From the NCBI GenBank assembly GCA_043826455.1, contig JBDRQD010000006.1, positions 29,049 through 93,048 on the forward strand: DNA of 64,000 bases. Reading direction: 5' to 3'. Positions 57,078-64,000 of the stretch are shown here, one piece after another. Each line of letters opens with the position of its first letter. Position 1 is the first letter of the stretch. Made by a program: the position numbers and the translations under genes. Below the pieces are notes generated by a model, which was not told where the DNA came from, made no database searches, and saw only the letters and a program-made list of their open reading frames with translations. The stretch comes from Candidatus Bathyarchaeota archaeon (GTDB taxonomy: Archaea; Thermoproteota; Bathyarchaeia; TCS64).

Positions 57078-58901
57078 TCACCTGTGCTCAGCCATCTTTT
57101 CGTCCTCAGGGACCACAATGTCTTCAATGGGGGCTTGGTCAACGTCGGTGGGCCAGTTGTAGGGTATCAGGAAGGTGAACGACGAGCCCACATCCTCCTT
57201 TGAAGAGACATATATCTCCCCGCCGTGGGCCTCCACAATCTTCTTACATACAGCGAGGCCCAGGCCTGTTCCCTTGGCCTTGGTGGTGAACAGGGGCTGG
57301 AACATTTTGCTCATGTTCTCCTCCGAGATACCTACGCCCGTATCCGAGACAACAATTTTAGCCATCTCGTTCACCACGGAGCCCTCTACGATGAGGAACC
57401 CTCCGTCGGGCATCGCCTGGACAGCGTTGGTGATGAGGTTGGTGAACACGCGCCTCAGGAGGCCTCCATCAGAGTATATACGGTGGAGCCTCATGTCGAA
57501 GCTCACCGAGACATCCACGTTCTCGGGCATCTGGATGGATGCTATCACGTCCACTGCGATCTCCTCCAGGTCCGTATCCTCGGGTTTGACGTTGACGGTC
57601 TTCGAGAAGTCCTGGAGGTCTGAGACTATCTTATCCATGTACACGGTCTGGGACTTCAGCTTGTCCTCGATGAACTCCAGCTCCTTGACGTCCGCCTCTT
57701 CCAGTCTATCCCTGATCAGCTCTATCCTCTTCTTGAGCCTGGCGCTGAGGAGGTAGACTACCTGGAGGGGGTTACGGAGGTCGTGGCCCACCATGGCGGA
57801 GGTCTGGCCTATGGTGGCCATCCTCTCGCTTTCCCTGAGGCGGCGCTGGTAGTCGTTGAGGGCCTGGAGCATGTCGTCGATGTTGACGGAGAGGGCGGCC
57901 AGCTCGTCGTCCCCCTTGATGACGACGTTCCTGAGGTCTATCGCGTGGGGGTCGATCTCGCTGACCTCTTTGCTCAGCTTCACCAGGGGAGAAAGTATCA
58001 TGCGGTTCATGGTGAGCAGGGCTATCAGAGCGATGACTACACCCACCAGGAGGCTGGTGACCACGAAGTATGAGACCATCATGAGGCTGTGCTGGAAGAC
58101 GTCTCTGGCCGCATCCACCTCCAGGAGCAGGGCGGGTTCACCGAACATGGTGTTGACCACCGTGTAGCTTAAGATGGACTCGTAGCTGGGCCTCTCGACA
58201 ACTATGGGCGCCCCATCTGACAGGCGTGTAAGTACACTGCTGAGATCACTGCTCCCCTGTACGGTGCCGAAATCGATGAGCTTCAAGGATAGGAAGGTTA
58301 CTTGTTTCAGCCTCTCCACTTCCAGGGTGTCGATGAACCTGCCGCAGATCAATGTACCAACTATAGGCCCCTTCTTCTCGCTTGTCAGGATGGGGCGGGA
58401 GGCCACCATGTACGGGCCTTCAAGGGAGTCCAGGAGCCCCACCACCTTGTCGTCCACTCTATCATGCGTCTTCAAGGAGTCGATGCTGGTGATCTGCTCC
58501 ATGACCGAGCTGGGGAAGGGGATGCTCCGCAGCCTCATAATGTCGAAGGCCTTGGTGTACACCACCCTGCCGTTGAGATCCAGGAAGGCCATGAAACTGA
58601 TCCTGGACTCCACGAAGGTGGACATCAGGAGGGCGTTGTCTATGAAGTGGGTTATGTTGCTCTTGATGAAGTAGTAGGCGTTGTCCCAGGCCGCGTAACT
58701 GTGGGTCACCTCGTCCAGCTCGTTCATCCTCAGCTCGAGGGCGTGGAGCCCCAGCTCCGTCTGCTTCTTGATGTTGGCGTCCTCCAGCTCCAGGAACCCC
58801 TGCATCAGGAACGTGTTGGTGGTCAGGAAGAACCCCATGAACACGAGCATGTAGCTCAACCCGAAGACTATGAACAGCTTCTGCCTCAGCTTCAAGGTCA
58901 T
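57078..58901 (-). CDS. Sensor histidine kinase (CHASE4-HAMP-HisKA-HATPase)
   Basis: YAAWDNAY (CHASE4), DDEL..L (HAMP), GHDLRNPL, NLITNAVQA, DTGVG, GTGLGL. Confidence 0.93.
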   Translation of the reverse strand: MTLKLRQKLFIVFGLSYMLVFMGFFLTTNTFLMQGFLELEDANIKKQTELGLHALELRMNELDEVTHSYAAWDNAYYFIKSNITHFIDNALLMSTFVESRISFMAFLDLNGRVVYTKAFDIMRLRSIPFPSSVMEQITSIDSLKTHDRVDDKVVGLLDSLEGPYMVASRPILTSEKKGPIVGTLICGRFIDTLEVERLKQVTFLSLKLIDFGTVQGSSDLSSVLTRLSDGAPIVVERPSYESILSYTVVNTMFGEPALLLEVDAARDVFQHSLMMVSYFVVTSLLVGVVIALIALLTMNRMILSPLVKLSKEVSEIDPHAIDLRNVVIKGDDELAALSVNIDDMLQALNDYQRRLRESERMATIGQTSAMVGHDLRNPLQVVYLLSARLKKRIELIRDRLEEADVKELEFIEDKLKSQTVYMDKIVSDLQDFSKTVNVKPEDTDLEEIAVDVIASIQMPENVDVSVSFDMRLHRIYSDGGLLRRVFTNLITNAVQAMPDGGFLIVEGSVVNEMAKIVVSDTGVGISEENMSKMFQPLFTTKAKGTGLGLAVCKKIVEAHGGEIYVSSKEDVGSSFTFLIPYNWPTDVDQAPIEDIVVPEDEKMAEHR

Positions 58902-59284
58902 AGCACCTTGCCGGTGCCCACCCCAGCCACGTGAGGGGCGAGGGCGCCTCTCACGGCGGTTAAAAGGGCGTCGTTGCTAACGGGCTTCAGGAGTATGTCT
59001 CTCACGTGGCCGGGTCCACGAGCTTCCTCCGATAGATAATAGCCTGTGAGGTAGAAGATCACCGCCGACTCGTCTAAGCGGTTTAGCTCCAAGGCTAGCT
59101 CGTTTCCCTTGGCGTCCGGGAGCATATAGTCTAATAAGATTACGTCGTACTGGTTCTCCCTGGCCTTCTCGAGGGCCTCTTGGCCTGTAAGCGCTGTCTC
59201 TACCCTGTACCCTTCATCCTCTAAAACCAGTTTCGTGAAGAGGAGTATGTCCTCATCATCATCTACCAGCAGGATAGAGCTCAT
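58898..59284 (-). CDS. Single-domain response regulator
   Basis: ILLVDDD, LLDYMLP, LTGY, KP. Confidence 0.92.
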   Translation of the reverse strand: MSSILLVDDDEDILLFTKLVLEDEGYRVETALTGQEALEKARENQYDVILLDYMLPDAKGNELALELNRLDESAVIFYLTGYYLSEEARGPGHVRDILLKPVSNDALLTAVRGALAPHVAGVGTGKVL

Positions 59285-59401
59285 CTCAGGTTGGATCCGG
59301 GTTTTCTATATTATTTCAATTTAAAATGAATATGGAAAGCAACTCCAACATGCGTGAGCCTGTCATGTGCTGAGAATTGCGCTCATCTGACAGGGTTGAG
59401 G

Positions 59402-59896
59402 TTAGACTGCCTGCATCATCGGCGGCTCGACGACATCGAAAATATGTGACTCGTTGATGACGGATCTGGCGGCTGTGAGGAGGGACTCCGGGTCTATGGG
59501 CTTCATGAAGAACTTGGTATCGAAGCCCCTGTTCACGACGTTGGTCTTGGCGTCGTTGTAGCCGCTGATGAAGATCAGCTTCATGGAGCTGTTCGTCTCC
59601 AGCAGCTTCATGGCCAGCACATCGCCCTTCATGCCCGGTAGGTTAAAGTCCAGTATGGCCAGCTTGAACCGCATCTCCCTGATCTTTTCCATGGCCTCAG
59701 ATGGGTTGGAGGCGGTCTCGACGCAGTACCCCTCGCACTCGAAGAGCATCTTGTAGCACTCTAGGATGTCCAGGTCGTCGTCAACGACCAGCACGTTGCA
59801 GGTGTCGCGGCCGTCCTCTAAGCAGTGAGCCTTCTCCTCAATAACCCCTGTACCCGTATTTTCTATAATATTTTTTGAGGGTTCGGCTTCCAGCAA
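59402..59896 (-). CDS. Single-domain response regulator with N-terminal extension
   Basis: VLVVDDD, ILDFNLPGMKG, ISGY, KP; start uncertain. Confidence 0.88.
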   Translation of the reverse strand: MLEAEPSKNIIENTGTGVIEEKAHCLEDGRDTCNVLVVDDDLDILECYKMLFECEGYCVETASNPSEAMEKIREMRFKLAILDFNLPGMKGDVLAMKLLETNSSMKLIFISGYNDAKTNVVNRGFDTKFFMKPIDPESLLTAARSVINESHIFDVVEPPMMQAV

Positions 59897-60128
59897 TGTA
59901 GTTATGAATCCATATTAGATGTATAATAAGAACGCCCTGGAACGATGTGGAACATATTGTTCTCTCTTTATACGTGTTTTCATCCACATTTTTATTGGCT
60001 GCAACAAATACATAGATTTTTAGTCGTGTTTATTGTTCTTGATGATATCTCCATCTAATAGTCCAGACATATGGTAGTGGAATTCATATAAATAATATAG
60101 TGAATCTGGTAAAGTTCTCCAGAGCCCC

Positions 60129-61118
60129 ATGGGTGATGCACGGATAGCCCTAGCCATGACGATGGTGGCGACACTACTGTTACCCATCGTCTACGGCGCC
60201 CAGGATTATACCCCCCAAGGCCTGACCTTGACGGTGTTCCCCGACGGAACGGCCAAGGTGGAGTACGCCGTGGAGTCGAACCCCAACAGGCTTCGCGTCG
60301 CGGTGCAGCTCTTCGGGGCACCCTTCATCAACATGGTCATAAGGGATGAGACGGGGAACCCTCTGGGCTCCACGGCCTCAGGGGACACCGTTACGGTGGA
60401 CAGCATAGGCGCCTCGCAGCTAACCTTCAGCTATTTTTCCAGAAGCCTAGCCTCACAGGAGGGGCCTACATGGTGCGTGAACGTAACATCCCCCGTCGAG
60501 ACCAGGGTGGTGCTGCCTGAGGGGGCGGCCCTGTTCGACATGAGTGAGGTGCCCATTAGGATCGGGGCCGCGGGAAGCTGCCAGTACATCGACTTCAGCC
60601 CCGGGGAGATATGCGTCTACTACATGGTGGGGCTGCTGAAGGTCCAGGAGGAGGCCCTGGAGTCCATCAACAAGACGGAGGCCTATATTGTTGAGAAGGA
60701 GGCTGAGGGCTACATTCTAGGCGAGGCGGGGGCGGCCCTGGAGCAGTCCAAGAGCCTTTTCGCGGAAGGAGAGTTCCTTGCCTCAAGGAACGGCGCAGTG
60801 GACGCCTTGGATGTGGCCATGATCACCGTGGACCGGGCGATCTCGGCGGCAGACATGGTGGAGAAGGCGCAGGCGGCAGTCGACCAGGCCGCTCTTGAGG
60901 GCCAAACTAAGGGATTGAACCAAGCTGAGGCGGGTCTGGCCTCAGCCCAGGCACTATACTCCAGTGGGGAGTACGTTAAGGCGACGGCTGCTGCGGCTGA
61001 GGCTTACCAGAAAGCTGTTTCAGCGAGCAAGCCTGTGGAAAACCCGTTTACCAGTCAACTCATTATCGCAGGGGCTGTTTTATCTTTTATCGGGTACTTT
61101 TTCTTTAAAAGCCTTTAA
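60129..61118 (+). CDS. Exported protein: signal peptide, beta domain, Ala-rich helical region, C-terminal TM
   Basis: Hydrophobic N- and C-termini; LTVFPDG, VVLPEGA. Confidence 0.7.
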   Translation: MGDARIALAMTMVATLLLPIVYGAQDYTPQGLTLTVFPDGTAKVEYAVESNPNRLRVAVQLFGAPFINMVIRDETGNPLGSTASGDTVTVDSIGASQLTFSYFSRSLASQEGPTWCVNVTSPVETRVVLPEGAALFDMSEVPIRIGAAGSCQYIDFSPGEICVYYMVGLLKVQEEALESINKTEAYIVEKEAEGYILGEAGAALEQSKSLFAEGEFLASRNGAVDALDVAMITVDRAISAADMVEKAQAAVDQAALEGQTKGLNQAEAGLASAQALYSSGEYVKATAAAAEAYQKAVSASKPVENPFTSQLIIAGAVLSFIGYFFFKSL

Positions 61119-61513
61119 AAACAGACTCTTTTAACCATTTTATTCTTATTGTGGCGATTTTTTAGGCGTGCAGCATATATTATTGGGGATAAATTGTTCT
61201 ATGCCATTCTATGGGGTTCTTATAATAGCACTTTAGGGGGACGACTACCCGATGAAGACGAAGAAGAAACAGACAACGAAGATGTAAACAATAAGGATTA
61301 ATAATCTATTTTTAAACTCTATATTAAAAATCTATAGACTTTTTACGGCAATATTAATAAAGAGGGCGTGAAAAACGTTTATTTAAGTATATGGGGTGAT
61401 AAAATGCGTTTTTTTGTTGGAAACGGCGTATTTATGTGGATAAATAGTTCCAGATCGTTCCACGGCGTTCTTATAATACCACTTTCGAGGCATAGGGATC
61501 AAGTGCGGTAGAG

Positions 61514-62743
61514 ATGAGACTAAAAATACTCGCCCTGTTACTCCTGGCAGTGTTACTTGCCGCACCGTTTGCCATCGTGGTGAACGCGGAGGCAGACAAC
61601 GGGGTGGGTGAGTCAACACAAAGCGATGAAAACATTGACGGTAACGTAGGCAGCGGTAGACACGTCTCGCAGGAAGTCTACGAGTCCATGAGGGCGGCGG
61701 CCGAGGAGAGAAGGGACCAAGCCTTTTCCATGTTAGAGAAGGACATCCCACTATCGGCGCTGAACAGCTTGAAGATGGCCTTGGACGCTATGGACGAGGC
61801 CCAGGAGGCCCACGACACGCAGGCCTCGGCGCAGCTGTACCTCCAGGCCCTGAAGCATTTCAGGAACGCCTGGAACCACCTTGAGGGCGACGACGTTAAC
61901 CTGAAGCTATTGTTGGGAGAAGCCGACGAGGAGACCAACCCCGTCGACGAGCTTGACCCAGGCCTTGAGGAAGGCATCAAGGAGGCCAAGCAGCAGCTTC
62001 TGAACAGGTTCCAGAGCAACTTCCAGGAGAGACTTGATTCCATGTATTCGCACGTCGAAGACCTAGAGGGCATGCTCTCCTCAGGCGACTCAGCCAAGGT
62101 AGAGACGGCCCTCACGAAGGCTCGGGAGAAACTTCTGAGTGTACAGGAGAAGTTACAGAGAGGAGCAATCAACGAGGCGCTGGACGACCTCGACGTAACT
62201 ACTCAGGAGCTGGATAAGGACTTCGATGGCATGGAGGACGACGACGCATCAGAAATGTTCAAGAACGTAGACAAGTTGGAAGCCAGGATCCAGAGGATGG
62301 AGAACAAGAAGGACAAGTCCGGCGACGACGACGAGACGGGTGATGACGCGGTCATCAATGAGCTGAAGGCTAAGATACAGAAGAACAAGGTTGAGTTCAA
62401 GGAGAACAAGGGCAAGCCTGAGAACAACGGCAAGCCTGAGGACAACGGCAACAATGGAAACAACGGCAACAACGGAAAGCCTGAGGACAATGGAAACAAT
62501 GGCAACAACGGAAACAACGGCAAACCCGAGGACACAGGAAAGCCCGAGAACAACGGGACCCCAGTAGACAACGGGAAGCCGGAGGACAACGGAAACAATG
62601 GCAAGCCTGAGGACAATGGAAACAATGGCAACAACGGAAACAATGGCAAACCCGAGGACACGGGTAACAAAGGTAACAACGGAAATCCCGATAACAACGG
62701 ACAATCCAGAGACAAAGAGAACAAGGGGAAGAAAGACAAATAA
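61514..62743 (+). CDS. Secreted helical/coiled-coil protein with G/N/K-rich repeat tail
   Basis: Signal peptide MRLKILALLLLAVLL; charged helical core; GKPEDNGNNGNN repeats. Confidence 0.75.
   Translation: MRLKILALLLLAVLLAAPFAIVVNAEADNGVGESTQSDENIDGNVGSGRHVSQEVYESMRAAAEERRDQAFSMLEKDIPLSALNSLKMALDAMDEAQEAHDTQASAQLYLQALKHFRNAWNHLEGDDVNLKLLLGEADEETNPVDELDPGLEEGIKEAKQQLLNRFQSNFQERLDSMYSHVEDLEGMLSSGDSAKVETALTKAREKLLSVQEKLQRGAINEALDDLDVTTQELDKDFDGMEDDDASEMFKNVDKLEARIQRMENKKDKSGDDDETGDDAVINELKAKIQKNKVEFKENKGKPENNGKPEDNGNNGNNGNNGKPEDNGNNGNNGNNGKPEDTGKPENNGTPVDNGKPEDNGNNGKPEDNGNNGNNGNNGKPEDTGNKGNNGNPDNNGQSRDKENKGKKDK
62411..62700 (+). repeat. Coding tandem repeat (GKPE[DN]NG(NNG)n)
   Basis: About eight GKPE/GTPV units separated by NNG triplets, with synonymous variation between copies. 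Confidence 0.9.
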
Positions 62744-62890
62744 TCCCCTTTTTTCTCATCAATTTAATGAATATAAATAATTGACGCCCAGTTAGACTAC
62801 TTCAACTGGATCACTCATTCTTTCATGGGTTATCCACGAGTCATGTTGACTATTTCGTTTGTGGGATGGAAAAAAGGGTGGGCTCTGTGT

Positions 62891-63358
62891 TCACCGTTTC
62901 CAGTCGTTGAGGGCCTTCCTTATGTCCAGTATCTTGCCCAGGTGGTAGGCGTTGTGCTCTATGATTATGGTGATCTCCCTGAGATAGGTGTACTCGGAGT
63001 CGGGTATGCAGGAGCACAGGTCGATGCTGGGGTCATGGACCAGCTTCACCGCCTTCTCCTGGTCGTCGAAGAAGCCCTTCACCGACTTCTTCCACATCCC
63101 GTCAGTGACCTCTACTCCGGGCTTGGGCCAGAACCCGTCCGGCCACTCAGGGGACTCCCAGACGGGCTCCAATGCGTAGTAGAGGAGGTCCTGCTGGGCT
63201 ATGCGCATGTGCTCTAGTTCTTCGTAGACTGAGTGGAGCTGGGGGCTGGGCCTCACGTTTCTCAGCTCGGGCTTGACGCCTTCCAGGGCCTTCTTGAAGG
63301 ACACGAAGGCTTGGCCGCCTTTCAGTGATTTAGCCAGGTGATCTCTCAGAACGTCCAT
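62891..63358 (-). CDS. DinB family protein
   Basis: HSVYEELEHMRIAQ, WPDGFWP, EHNAYHLG. Confidence 0.85.
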   Translation of the reverse strand: MDVLRDHLAKSLKGGQAFVSFKKALEGVKPELRNVRPSPQLHSVYEELEHMRIAQQDLLYYALEPVWESPEWPDGFWPKPGVEVTDGMWKKSVKGFFDDQEKAVKLVHDPSIDLCSCIPDSEYTYLREITIIIEHNAYHLGKILDIRKALNDWKR

Positions 63359-63844
63359 CTCGATTCCTCGCTTGTCGTTCCTGCTGGTTAATTGTCTTCG
63401 TGCTTATTATCTCAGTACCATGAATCACCGTTGTGTGCTGCGCCGTCGATCTTTTAATCACAGGAAAATCATGTGAGATTGATATACTTCAGACGCCGGA
63501 TGCTTGTAAATAATACAATCCTGATTCAGGGATTCTATTTATTTCAAGCCCGTCTTCTTTCTAGGAAAACGGTATTTTCTGCTGGTTCTGCATCACTGAA
63601 CTCCCCACGGATATCATACCACGCATATTGGATGCAGTCTAAGCCCTATTATCAACCAGCCAAATACTGGTCTTATGTATTTTAATGGTCAAAAATTCTA
63701 CGGATTCTGGGCAATATTACATGGTTGCGCGTGTCAGCCATCCAATATTTTTATTCTAACTTCACAATTAGTACAAGTGAACTCTTATGGTTGATCCAAT
63801 TGTAAACGCACGTGAAAAAGAGAGTATATTTAGTTGGATTGAGG

Positions 63845-64000
63845 CTAAGAATTATTATGACTTAGTAATTTCGACTCAATTAAAAAATCGTATTTTGATT
63901 CATCACGATGATCAATTCCGTACAATTTCATGTATCTTTCAGCGTCAGTGGTGTCACGTTTGGCACTAAGAATCATAACTTCTTCAACAGAATTTGCTTG
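63845..64000 (-). CDS. C-terminal end of a cytidylate-kinase-like protein (partial, enters from outside the window)
   Basis: Own translation ...KRDTTDAERYMKLYGIDHRDESKYDFLIES... resembles the R...RY...YGID....YDLxIDT tail of Cmk-like proteins. Confidence 0.5.
   Translation of the reverse strand, partial: QANSVEEVMILSAKRDTTDAERYMKLYGIDHRDESKYDFLIESKLLSHNNS

Noticed and set aside
904..58934. Many long antisense or alternate-frame ORFs (e.g. 904-1575, 4526-5455, 11607-12593, 27572-28525, 49879-50889, 53940-54878)
   Set aside because: Shadows of real GC-rich genes on the other strand or frame, with no recognisable motifs
59940..59962. Imperfect palindrome GAACGATGTG-gaa-CATATTGTTC upstream of a response regulator
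   Set aside because: Single copy with 8/10 match in AT-rich DNA; insufficient support
62203..62780. Cys-rich and hydrophobic repeat ORFs on the opposite strand or alternate frames
   Set aside because: By-products of the coding tandem repeat in 61514-62743

Overview
GC-rich archaeal chromosomal segment. The gene content (gatDE, aIF-2beta, NAC, aMBF1, long Lsm/SmAP3, eL38, archaeosine TGT, Mtd, many peptidases, stand-alone receiver proteins) is most consistent with a TACK-group lineage such as Bathyarchaeia; this is inference. Most of the window is housekeeping and peptide-utilisation genes, two tRNAs (Glu-TTC and probable Ile2-CAT), a lower-GC oligopeptide ABC transporter block and a two-component cluster. 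Two features are not explained by ordinary annotation. (1) A stand-alone nurA-herA pair with atypical motifs lies head-to-head with an operon of five small paralogous winged-helix genes, which converges on two further paralogous wHTH genes (4547-9573). (2) Two intergenic arrays of five palindromes with core AATGGTACCATT, mostly 50-53 bp apart (17671-17922 and 31111-31317), each lie upstream of an AbgB-like M20 amidohydrolase. The second array also separates a folate C1 module (fhs, folD) from the methanopterin enzyme mtd. All product calls come from motif recognition by eye, with no database search.
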